From Octopus sinensis (taxonomy: Eukaryota): a DNA stretch of 33,000 nt. The translations under genes and the position numbers were made by a program. The DNA is taken from assembly GCF_006345805.1 (NCBI RefSeq), contig NC_043011.1:58261464-58294463 (forward strand), in the 5' to 3' direction. The notes below the pieces were generated by a model that made no database searches, was not told the DNA's origin, and was given only the letters and a program-made list of their open reading frames with translations. Below, in pieces: positions 1-10,049 of this stretch (positions are counted from its first letter, which is position 1; every line of letters begins with the position of its first letter).

Positions 1-103
1 TGGGAGTGAAGAGAAGACATTGCAACCTACACATGCGCCTTCGTTCCCTAGAGGGAAATGACTAGATTGGGATTAGTCGTTGTCTACTAGGGGCTCTTAC
101 ATA

Positions 104-131
104 CCCGGGCAACGACGGGCTATGCTGCTAG
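104..131 (+). mobile_element. Probable Helitron 3' terminus
   Basis: GC-rich hairpin CCCG-GGCAACGA-CGGG (104-119), then 8 nt, then CTAG (128-131) followed by T. This is the standard Helitron 3' end layout. The upstream body cannot be confirmed. Confidence 0.55.
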
Positions 132-350
132 TATCTGATAGATGTAAACCTCTGTTTGTGCTTTTGCTGTCTTTCAATGTTGAGTTGGACAACGGGATCG
201 GCAGTAAAGAAGCGGAGAAGAAAACTGGAAGCAACAAACAGGAACAGAAAAGTAGACAACGAGCGACATGTATGAGGAGAAAAGGTGTAGAAATGATAGA
301 AATATTAGGGGCCGGTAAGTCGATTATTACGACCCAGGTGTTCGGCTGGT

Positions 351-885
351 TCATCATCATCATTGTTCGACCGTGGTCGAGACAATGGAATTTACAATGT
401 TACGCCAGACTTCATGGTCCATCATAGCATTACGGAGGTCCTGTTGCTGGATGCCTGTATCCCTGGAGATTACATCAGGGCAGGAGAGCGTGCGCCCTCT
501 GGTATCGTGAGCAGATGGCTTCCAGAGGAGATGTCTGTATCCCTGGAGATTACATCAGGGCAGGAGAGTGTGCGCCCTCTGGTATCGTGAGCTGATGGCT
601 TCCAGAGGAGATGCCTGTACCCCTGGAGATTACATCAGAGCAGGAGAGTGTGCGCCCTCTGGTATCGTGAGCAGATGGCTTCCAGAGGAGAAGAGTAGAA
701 ATTACCTCGTTTTCAGCTCTACAACAATGTCCAGCAAACTGAACTCTTCTACCTTTCATAAGAGATGATACAGATGGTAGTGTCCCATATATTTGTACTT
801 TGGTTGGATGACGCTTCTACGCGAGACTTTGAGCTCTCATAAGGAGGCGAGTGTAAGTTCCACCCAACCGCCTCTGAAGCTTCAA
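351..885 (-). mobile_element. 5'-truncated RTE-clade LINE, 3' end of the RT ORF plus (TGA)n tail, decayed
   Basis: Minus-strand translation LQRRLGGTYTRLLMRAQSLA*KRHPTKVQIYGTLPSVSSLMKGRRVQFAGHCCRAENEVISTLLLWKP...IQQQDLRNAMMDHEVWRNIVNSIVSTTVEQ* matches the post-RT C-terminus of RTE-type elements (RRxxFAGH, LLLW.P). It ends in a (TGA)4 tail at 351-363. It carries an in-frame stop and a frame-breaking triplication. Confidence 0.85.
450..691. repeat. Three tandem copies of an 80-bp unit inside the RTE fragment
   Basis: Units at 450-529, 530-609 and 610-689 start GATGCCTGTATCCCTGGAGATTACATCAGG. They differ by only 5 private substitutions in total and have no spacers. Confidence 0.98.
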
Positions 886-1042
886 CTGATACTTTTTGTG
901 TGGACCACAAAAGACAATGCTAAAGAATGTAAGCAGTGTAAAATTGTGAGGAAGACAACAATTGTAGACTGTCTGATATATTATTAAATTGAAAAGTAAT
1001 GGGATGCTGGTGCTGTTTATTACGTATCAAACCGAGCAATTC

Positions 1043-1145
1043 TACGTGGCACACCGCGTGTGCTTACGTGGTACACCGCGCTTACGTGGCATACTGCGTG
1101 TGATTGTGCCATACGGCGTGTGTGTACGTGACGCGCCGCGTGTCT
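1043..1145. repeat. Degenerate CpG-rich 18-22 bp minisatellite (TACGTGGCACACCGCGTGTG-like)
   Basis: Five diverged units containing four TACGTG and four GCGTG. Confidence 0.75.
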
Positions 1146-1637
1146 TGCCATGAAGTGTGCACTATGAATTTAATCGCACTGCTTTATCGTAGTATCTCTC
1201 GCTGGGAATGTTCGGATGGCTTTTAAAGATTCTCATATTAGGTTAGAAAATAACTGGATTTTTCAGAGGCAGTTAATAATACAGGACTCTGCAATTATCA
1301 TTGAAAAATTAATCCCTTACAAATTACGAATTAGCTACCCAGCAATGGCATCATGCACGATAATACCATATGGCTTGCATTTTATTAGCTTCTTTTTAAA
1401 GAAATTATTTTATTCGTATTTTCCGAACGCAAACGCCAATGAAAAAATTCGGCATAATTTGCAGAATGGCATTAAAATTAATTTACAAGAAATATTAACT
1501 AGAAAATTTTGGCAGACTGGTTGACTGAACAATATGGGGTTGTCAATAAAAACGATAAAGTTAATGATTTATTTGTTTCAGTTAATTGTGAAGAGAACTC
1601 GGAAAGTAAAAAGGCATTGTTATATATATATATGAAA

Positions 1638-1778
1638 CTGTTTGGCTGTGTGGTGAGAAGCTTGCTTCCTCACCACATGGTTCCAGGTTCAGTCCCACTG
1701 CGTGGCACCTTGATCAAGTGTTTTCTCCTATAACCTCGGGCCGTGGATTTCGTAAACGGAAAGCAAAAGAAGCTCGTC

Positions 1779-1848
<70 letters not shown>

Positions 1849-2054
1849 AGTGTGCGTGTCTTTGTGCTTGTACCCCATCACCACTTGCCAACCGTTGTTG
1901 GTGTGTTTGCGTCCCCGTACCTTAGTGGTTCGGCAAAAGATAAAATAAGTACTAGGCTTAAAAAAAAAGTCCTGGAGTCGATTTGGTCGACAGAAAGGCG
2001 GTGCTCCAGTATGGCTGCACTCAAATGATTGAAACAAGTAAAAGAAAAAAAGAA
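1638..2054 (+). mobile_element. tRNA-derived SINE, family 1, near full length with internal (TA)n
   Basis: B-box-like GGTTCAGTCCC, CORE-like GGCACCTTGATCAAG, internal TA/TG array, and 3' end ...GAAACAAGTAAAAGA. Homologous to copies at 4706-5113, 15352-15749 and 28871-29295. Confidence 0.85.
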
Positions 2055-2490
2055 TGTATGTATGTATGTATGTATCAGCTGCTAAAACATGAATGTTTCT
2101 AAGAGAACTTAATTAAATTCACGGTAGGTTTTTTTCGTGTAGTAGCTGCAGGTTTTATAATTCAAGCAGTGTGGTTGACTTTAGAAAACCCCTGAGTACC
2201 GTTAAATGTATTAGCTGCGCTTTTGAGAAATGTGCGTTCCTTATATTTGAAAAGTTTCAAATAAGGACAGTATAATAGAACCTACCAATGCGTTGGAAAT
2301 AACTTTAAATACTGTAAAATACAGAGTAGTCAATATGAATGCTTATTTCAATTCAAGAACTATTACCTCTTCCAGGTTGTATTGTGGATACTCTATTCAT
2401 GAAGATTGACTAATTAAGTGAATTTAACTCAGGCATTTTCATACTTGATCATGTCATCAAAATAATTCTTACAAGAAGATATATGAATAG

Positions 2491-2654
2491 GTACAGACGT
2501 GGTTGCTTGGTAACAGACTTGCTTCCCGATCACATGGTTCTCGTTTCAGTCCTTCTGCGAGTTACCTTAGGCAAGTGCCTTCTACTAGAGCCTCGGACTA
2601 ATCAAACCATTTTGTGAGTAGATTTCGTAGACAGAAACCGAAAGAAGTTCGTCG
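2491..2654 (+). mobile_element. SINE family 1, diverged 5' half
   Basis: Aligns to the head of 15352-15749 (CACATGGTTC...CCTTAGGCAAGTG...GAAAGAAGTTCGTCG). Confidence 0.75.
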
Positions 2655-2744
2655 TGTGTGAGCGTATATATATATATATATTAGACAGAAGAAGATAACA
2701 AAGCGAAGTCTGTAAGGAGTTTTCAGGACATTTATAAGGATATT

Positions 2745-2792
2745 GCCTTACAGCTGTTTCTGGGATATTATGGATATCCCTTCATCCGAGAC
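2745..2792 (-). ncRNA. Minimal type I hammerhead ribozyme motif, PLE family B, with a core mutation (CGGAUGA)
   Basis: The minus strand reads GUCU-CGGAUGA-A-GGGAUAU-CCAUA-AUAUCCC-A-GAAA-CAGCUG-UA-AGGC. It has the same layout as 24994-25041 but a U4-to-G change. Confidence 0.5.
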
Positions 2793-3076
2793 GGTGGGAG
2801 AAGGTTAAACAGAGGACATGTTTTAGTTCGAATTATTGTGGAAAAGGAGGGGATAGTGAATATAGAGGGAAATAAGAGAATAGAAGTCGAAATAGGATAT
2901 ATAAAGATTTTGTAGTTGCAGTGCATTATTCAAGGAAAATGGTGCATAGAAGTGGTAAACAAGTTTCTTGTACATGGTATGTAAGTTCCAATACCAGTTC
3001 ATGTTTAGCCATTTCAAAGTATGGAGCTGTAGAATCAGAGTTGCTTGTTCGAAAGGGTTTTGTGATGTGAATAAAA

Positions 3077-3402
3077 ATTTGAGAATGTATTGGATAGTGG
3101 ATAGAAGGGGGACGAGAGATGTGTATGATTAGAAAGAGGAGACAGGTAAAATTTATGTGTGTGCGTGTGTGTGTGTGTGTGCATAACTTGAGGATATAAT
3201 CATTAACATGATTATGCCAGAGGCCAGCGTATAAAAACCACAATATCGGGAAAATTAATATTTAATTATATAATTATAGATATATAATTATAACGCAGGA
3301 TGATGGAGGGCAAACGCCAATACGCTAGAGGTAGATGTCAAATGTATACAAACGACTCTAAATTTGTTGTTGTTTTGGCACAAGGCTGAATGCAAGGAAA
3401 TG
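3077..3402. repeat. Dispersed direct repeat, copy 1 (about 325 bp)
   Basis: ATTTGAGAATGTATTGGATAGTGG...AAGGCTGAAT..GGAAATG recurs at 5465-5789 in the same orientation with high identity. Confidence 0.92.
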
Positions 3403-3535
3403 AACAAGAAGATTTATAAAATATAATCTTCTTGTCCGTTTCCCCGCATTCAGCCTTGTGCCAGAAGTACAACAAATTTAGAGTGGTTTGTATACATTTG
3501 ACGTCTACTTCTAGCGTATTGGCGTTGACCCTCCA
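3304..3535. repeat. Inverted repeat, 111-bp arms with 10-nt spacer
   Basis: 3304-3414 pairs with 3425-3535. I count 12 mismatches and no indels. Confidence 0.95.
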
Positions 3536-3581
3536 GCGCCCTTAATTATAATTATATACTCAAATATATATATATATATAT

Positions 3582-3795
3582 GTTTGTGTGTTTGTGTCTG
3601 TGTTTGCTCACCACCCACACCGCTAAACAATTGTTAGTAGTGTATTTGCGTCCCCGTAACTTAGCGGTTCTGCAAACAAGACCGATAAGTACCAGACTCA
3701 AAAATGAAGTCCTCGGCTTGATTCCGGCGACGAAAATCCTCTAAAAGTTGGTGCACCAGCATGGCCGCAGTCTACTGACTGAAACAATTAAAATA
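3582..3795 (+). mobile_element. SINE family 1, diverged 3' half
   Basis: GCGTCCCCGTAACTTAGCGGTTC...CCAGCATGGCCGCAGTC...GACTGAAAC, as in the other copies. Confidence 0.8.
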
Positions 3796-4009
3796 ATGGT
3801 TTCGTTTACGACTGACGCTAATCATATGATGGAATCGAAATCCGGGTTTTGTAGCGTACAACACAGAATCCGCTGAAAACCTTAATTTTTCTTTGCCTTA
3901 TTTCAATATTCCGAAAGTATTTTAACCAAAATCATTATGATTGTTTCGACAAGAGTAACCATTTTCATAGCTGCCAGTGACCGGGTTTTAATATATTTTA
4001 AAGGAAGAA

Positions 4010-4219
4010 CGCGGTGAGCTGGCAGAATCGTTAGAATACCGGAAAAAATTATTAGGGTCGTTTCATCATTCTTTACATTCTGAGTTCAAATTCCGACGAG
4101 GTTCACTTTGCCTTTAACCTTTTTCAGAGTCGATAAATTCATACCAGTTGAATCCTTAAATTGATGTAACCGGCTTACCCACTGCCTAGAAATTGCTGGC
4201 CTTGCGCCAAAATTTGAAG
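4010..4219 (+). mobile_element. tRNA-derived SINE, family 2, diverged
   Basis: GGTGAGCTGGCAGAATCGTTAG head, B-box GAGTTCAAATTCC and CTTTGCCTTT...GTCGATAAA central domain. Homologous to 19014-19244. Confidence 0.8.
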
Positions 4220-4705
4220 TTAACATAATTTAAAGGAAGGTGAATAACGTAACCAAGTTGAGTGGTGATTAAAGTAAGTGTGGGCTAAGTTGATATTTAT
4301 ATTATCTTCATACATGTAAAGTGTGGAGTATCAAATTTAAGCGATGAAAGACTTTGCTAGTATCAGTATATCGATGTTTTTAACAGATTTTTCATTGCGT
4401 TTCACTGAGCTAATTTTTCGCTGCAAGGTTTTGGAATCCTATCGATGTGAATTGTGCTTTGTTCAAGAATTTGAGAGAAAAATTGCATATTTCAACGTGA
4501 TTTAAAAGGTGACATTTCATGCACTGGCCAAAGGCGAAATAAGTATTTCAAAAATAGCTGCAAAAATTTTAAACTGTATGCAAAATAGTTTGTTAAAAGT
4601 TCTAATTGAAGAGATCGGGCAGTTTTCTTCTTGATTTGTTCAGAACGTTAGTGAAAACGATACACTTCATAAAACAATCTGATGAAGGAAATTTTACGAA
4701 CATTA

Positions 4706-5113
4706 TTTACTCTTTTACTCTTTTACTTGATTCAGTCATTTGACTGAGGCCATCCTGGAGCACCGCCTTTAGTCGAATCAAATCGACCCCAGGACTTATT
4801 GTTTGTAAGCCTAGTACTTATTCTATCTGTCTCTTTTGCCGAACCGTTAAGTTACGGGGACGTAAACACACCAGCATCAGATGTCAAGCGATGTTGGGGT
4901 GACAAACACAAACACACAACACACACACACACATACATCATATATATATACGACGTGCTTCTTTCAGTTTCCGTCTACCAAATCCACTCACAAGACTTTG
5001 GTCGGCCCGAGGCTGTAGTAGAAGACACTTGCACAAGGTGCCACGCAGTGGGACTGAACCCGAAACCATGTGGTTGGTAAGCAATCTACTTACCACAGAG
5101 CCACGCCTGCACC
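4706..5113 (-). mobile_element. SINE family 1, full length
   Basis: Reverse complement of the family 1 layout, with a (TTTTACTC) tandem tail at 4706-4727. Confidence 0.9.
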
Positions 5114-5464
5114 TATTTGTGAAAAATAAAGGTAATGTATTGTCCAAATCAATAAAATAATATCAAATTATTGATCAATATTTTGTAACAATCGAGTTAT
5201 TACTACAAAGATGCTAACTTCGTTCTCAGTGGCGTACTGATGATTCTGATAAGTCAGAGAGAACAGTTTACAAATATGCATAATTTCTATGAAAGCAAAA
5301 TATCAACATCAACCTATCACTATCTTGCAAAGACAAAGCTGAATTATTAGACGTAGGTATCTAATTTAACGGGGTGAGATGCTTAAGGCATTTTTTTAGG
5401 TCTGTTACCTCGAAATGGTTCCTGGATTTGTAAATTGCATTTAATAAAGAATTGCATCTCTCAT

Positions 5465-5789
5465 ATTTGAGAATGTATTGGATAGTGGATAGAAGGGGGA
5501 TGAGAGATGTGTATGATTAGAAAGAGGAGACAGGTGAAATTTGCGTGTGTGTGTGTGTGTATGTGTGTGTATAACTTGAGGATATAATCATTAACATGAT
5601 TATGCCAGAGGCCAGCGTATAAAAACCACAATATCGGGAAAATTAATATTTAATTATATAATTATAAATATATAATTATAACGTAGGATGCTGGAGGGCA
5701 ACTCCAATTCGCTAGAGGTAGATGTCAACTGTATACAAACGACTCTTAATGTGTTGTTGTTTTGGCACAAGGCTGAATATGAGGAAATG
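5465..5789. repeat. Dispersed direct repeat, copy 2
   Basis: Second copy of 3077-3402, offset 2388 bp. It lacks the inverted second arm seen at 3425-3535. Confidence 0.92.
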
Positions 5790-6235
5790 TCAGGTGAGCA
5801 GTTGAGATTACATTTGATGAACTTAAGTTGTATTGGACGCAAAATATGAAACATAGGATTATATCAAGCAGCGATTCTCAACAAGATGATAAGCATCTGA
5901 AGACGAGCATGAACTAAATAAAAGATCACTGATTGATGAGAGGAATTCGATAGCAAAATTGACCAGAGAAATTCGATTGCCTGCCCTCCAAGAACTAGAG
6001 GGAAGGGCTCCACTCCTTCACATTATCATATATATTGTCATAATAAGCATTGCCCCACTTATAATTGTTATACTAAGTATCTTGTCGAAGCAAAAACAGC
6101 CACGATCACGGTTGGGATAACTTTGATCATAAATCCGTTGTAACACGGTTTATGTGGGGCGAAACAAAACCATCAAAACCACCACCTCCACCACCAGCAT
6201 CACCAGCATCACCAGCACCAGCACCTTGACAACCG

Positions 6236-6398
6236 ATGCTGCTGTCTTTATGTCATCCGTAACCTGGCGGTTCGGCAAATGAAACCAATAGAATAATTGC
6301 TGGGCTTATAAAGAATAAGTCCTGGGGTCCACTAAAGGCAGTGCCCCAGCTTGGCCGCAGTCCAATGACTGGAACAAGTAAAAGAAAAAAAATAAAGA
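6236..6398 (+). mobile_element. SINE family 1, 3' half
   Basis: CCGTAACCTGGCGGTTCGGCAAA...AAGAATAAGTCCTGGGGTC...GGCCGCAGTCCAATGACTGGAACAAGTAAAAG. Confidence 0.8.
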
Positions 6399-8373
6399 AC
6401 GATATTGAGTTCACATAACAGGATTTAGAAAGCCTGATGGAAAATAAAATAAACATGGAATACTGAGACGGAGATATTTCTTCCTACATGTAGTGTGATG
6501 TGTGAAAAACGCCTGGAGATATGAAGCTATTTGTATGCATGCAAGAGGATGAGGAATTATATAATATGGAATCAAATGAGAATAGAAAGGGATTTAGAAT
6601 AATAAGGAATTCCCTCCTATGCACAGTTTCGTAGTGCAAATGTTGCCTGAGTACAAAGCGAGAGGATTGTAATGTTTGTATTGCATGCGAAATGCTTAAT
6701 TACTAAACTTGAAACAAAATGTTGTTTTATTATGTCGGAGCGCTCGTTATTAATAAAAATAAACTAAATAATTGATTATCATTATTAGTGTTATCAAGAG
6801 TTTAATAGAACCAAGTTATGATATAATGCCGTTATAATCAGGTTTCTGTTGTAAAAACGAAACACAACATACTCTAGCGATTATCTCTCCCAGGATCAAA
6901 ATTAATGCTGTTAATACAGTTTTCTCAGCTTCTTCCTGCTGGAGTGATGCGTTCGGTGTCGGTTACATCCATATCAGTGTAAACAGGCATGACTATGTTG
7001 ACAGGCCTTTTCTTATTGGTCATCCATACCTTCGAATTCAACATCAAGGGTTGCCCTCGCTTTCCTAATCTCTGCTCATTTGTATAATGTGATTTGCTTT
7101 TACAAGTTTGTAGGTTATACAATGAGGGAAACTAGACGGCTCTTGTCAAATCGTTTGACAATTAAAAAAGCTCTTAGAAGTTGAAAGCAGTATTTAATGA
7201 CGTCGAAAGTTCCATTAAAAAAACAAAAACAAAAAAAAACAAACATATTTGCTTTAACGATATTAAATGGGTAGAAAGTCTGACTGGCTTTTTGTAGAGA
7301 TGCAAATAATTTTGAGCTAATTTCATTGCTTCGAAAATATCAGTTAGAAAATTAAAGTGATCGAATTAGAAAAGGGTTTGGTGGATATCAATTAGCATGG
7401 TTCCACAAATGAAAGCTCCACCGACAGCGTTTTGACAGGACATAAAATCAGAAATGAATTTTCGAAGTGTTAAGCAAGAATAAAAATGTTACTAAAAAAT
7501 ACAAAAAAAAAGAGAAAATGAAAGAACACAAAATTCACCTCAGTTGAAAGAACTGACTGGTTGATTCATGGTCGTGGCTGATATTTTATAGACTGCCCAT
7601 AATCACTAAATGTTCAGTTTAATAGGTGTGCAAACGTGTCCCCCAGACATTCGGTATATTTGTATTGCTTTTTCATTATTTTTTGTATTGATTGAGACGA
7701 ATAAATTTAAAAAAAATGAAACATTTCGTTTATCAGGATTAAAAGATGAAATACAAAAACGAAAAAAAAAAAAAAACTGAGAAAAATCATTCCCGTACAA
7801 CTCCATTAAAATATTGAGGTAGTTAAGTACGATGCATTCAGACACATATTTCGTATAACTTTTTACACCTCGTTTTAATGCACGAAATTGTGATTCTACT
7901 TACCAATTACAGTGAACCCAACATAATATGATTTATTCCGAAGATTAAAAGACACACTCGGCGGCGTTAAGTGCATGACATTCAAAGAAAGGCCACTTTT
8001 TCACTCGTGTGCTTCACTTTTTGTTTGTTGTTGTTCTTGCAATCATCATCATCATCATCATCCTTCAGTTCTCCTCATAGAATACACTTTTCTATATTTT
8101 CTGGTCTCTGTTCAGTGATTACAGCCACACGAGGGCCAGATAAAGGCTGATTATATAAGACTCGTAATTAGATTATTGAACTATGTTTACAAAAAAAAAA
8201 TTATAATGAATGTACAAAAACAACTAAATAAATACAATTCAGTGGTTGAAATATAAACATATATATATATATACGGTATAGATAGAATCTATCTAACTAC
8301 CTGTCTGCCCACCTGTGTACCTGTCTGTCTATCTGTCTGTTTCTGTTAATCTATTAAGTTACCCATCTCTTTG

Positions 8374-8414
<41 letters not shown>

Positions 8415-8427
8415 TTATTTATTTACT

Positions 8428-8514
<87 letters not shown>

Positions 8515-8522
<8 letters not shown>

Positions 8523-8750
8523 TCTGTGTCTCTATCTGTGCTTGTCACCCCACCATCGACTGACAACCAATGTTTGTGTGTTTGCATCCCCGTAACTTAG
8601 CTTCTCGGCCTCAGAGACCGTGAAAATAAGTACTATGCTTACAAAAATAAGTCAGTCTTGGGGGTGATATGTTCGAATACAGGTGTTGCTCCAGCAGGGC
8701 CGCAATCATTTGACTGAAACAAGTAAGAAATAAGATAATAAAAGAATAAA
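8515..8750 (+). mobile_element. SINE family 1, 3' half preceded by a compound microsatellite
   Basis: CCCACCATCGACTGACAACC...CCCCGTAACTTAGC...GACTGAAACAAGTAAG. (CTAT)n, (CT)n, (TA)n and (TG)n arrays lie upstream at 8370-8520. Confidence 0.8.
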
Positions 8751-8979
8751 TATAAATATATGTATATATATATATATATATTATATATATATATATATAA
8801 AATAATAAATATTAGGGAATAAATCCAAATTTACAGGGAAAAAATCAGATTTAGGATTAAATCCAATTTTATAGTAAAATATTATAAAATATTATTAGAG
8901 ACAAAACCACTATTTTGCAAAACAAACAAGGAAAGACTTAATCAATACATAAAATTTTAATAAATAGTCAAAAAAACCG

Positions 8980-9022
8980 CCACTACAATTGTTTCTTGTC
9001 TTGATCGACAATCTTCAGGTGG
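8980..9022 (-). ncRNA. Minimal type I hammerhead ribozyme, PLE family A, minus-strand copy
   Basis: Exact mirror of 9070-9112. Confidence 0.8.
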
Positions 9023-9069
9023 ACTTCCAATAAGTCAGTTTCATAATTTGAAACTGACTTATTGGAAGT

Positions 9070-9112
9070 CCACCTGAAGATTGTCGATCAAGACAAGAAA
9101 CAATTGTAGTGG
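9070..9112 (+). ncRNA. Minimal type I hammerhead ribozyme, PLE family A
   Basis: Stem I is CCAC(9070-73)/GUGG(9109-12) and the core is CUGAAGA(9074-80). Stem II is UUGUC/GACAA with loop GAUCAA, followed by GAAA(9097-9100). Stem III is the palindromic CAAUUG, and the cleavage triplet is GUA (after 9108). Confidence 0.8.
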
Positions 9113-9335
9113 CGGTTTTTTTGACTATTTATTAAAATTTTATGTATTGATTAAGTCTTTCCTTGTTTGTTTTGCAAAATAGTGGTTTTGTCTCTAATAA
9201 TATTTTATATATATATATATATAATGGCCTGCTCGCTTAGCCAGCGGGGTGGCGTCATTCGAAGGCTAAAACAATGCAAACGCATTGTGACCAGCGATGT
9301 GTAACAACATCGGATGGTCTGGTCGGTCACGTGAT

Positions 9336-9388
<53 letters not shown>

Positions 9389-10011
9389 GAATGCGCGTGT
9401 GCCTCTGAGTGTGTGTGTGTGAGGGAGTGTTTGTGTGTGTCTCTCCATGTAAAAAATACAATTTATTATATGTCATGTGTATACGTAAATATAAATATGT
9501 ACGCGGATCGCTAATAGATTCTTTTTATTAAATCAAATTCCGCTCGAAATGCATTATATTCGGGGGTTTACTCGGTAAAAGCTCCATGAAATACACTTCG
9601 AATACAGGCGTCCGCCTCTAGAAGCACATTTGCTGTGTTCTTCTCCGTTTTTGCCGCTCAAGATTACATAATATTGAAAGTTGAAAAAAAGATCGAAAAT
9701 AAAGATAATTCATTGATGCCTATGCACGCAGCACACATGTATATATGTATGTATGCACCGAGTTACATAGATGCGTGTGTGTATGTGTATGTATGTATGT
9801 ATGTATGTATGTATGTATGTATGTTTGTATGTATGTATGTATGTTTGTATGTATGTATGTATGTGTATGTATGTGTGTATGTATGTATGTTTGTATGTTT
9901 GTATGTATGTATGTATGTATGTATGTGTGTATGTACGTATGTATGTGTGTATGTATGTATGTCTAGTTCACGCTAGATATGAAACCAAGCATATATATAT
10001 ACATACATACA

Positions 10012-10049
<38 letters not shown>

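Larger units (their letters stand above)
2690..3535 (-). mobile_element. Penelope-like element remnant (GIY-YIG C-terminal trace, terminal repeat with HHR, hairpin end)
   Basis: The minus-strand frame near 3060-3000 reads FEQATLILQLHTLKWLNM, resembling the EQxLIxxLxTLxPxGLN end of PLE GIY-YIG domains. An HHR motif follows at 2792-2745. The segment 2690-2830 is homologous to 24920-25090. Confidence 0.55.
8790..9209. mobile_element. Penelope-like terminal repeat (family A) in head-to-head inverted arrangement
   Basis: A minus-strand copy (9043 to 8790) and a shorter plus-strand copy (9049-9209) start at the same point, and each carries an HHR. The distal part is homologous to 31975-32125. Confidence 0.7.
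8883..9209. repeat. Perfect palindrome, 161-bp arms with 5-nt spacer
   Basis: 8883-9043 is the exact reverse complement of 9049-9209. The spacer is TAATT (9044-9048). Confidence 0.98.

Noticed and set aside
450-691. CRISPR array or coding repeat
   Set aside because: The units abut with no unique spacers, 80 is not a multiple of 3, and the repeat lies inside a LINE fragment in eukaryotic DNA.
1582-1605. 24-nt plus-strand micro-exon candidate (NCEENSE)
   Set aside because: The acceptor is good but the donor is weak (GTAAAA), with no other support.
4678-4702. CTGATGAAGG as an HHR start
   Set aside because: There is no stem II pairing or GAAA at the right spacing.
5237-5270. Fifth hammerhead-like motif CTGATGA-TTCTGA-TAAG-TCAGAG-AGAAC
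   Set aside because: The core start and a stem II are present, but GAAA, stem III, the GUH site and stem I are not. At best it is a dead remnant.
7895-7975. Possible mariner C-terminal trace (LFRRLKDTLGG)
   Set aside because: Too short, and the upstream YSPDLAP motif is not recognisable.
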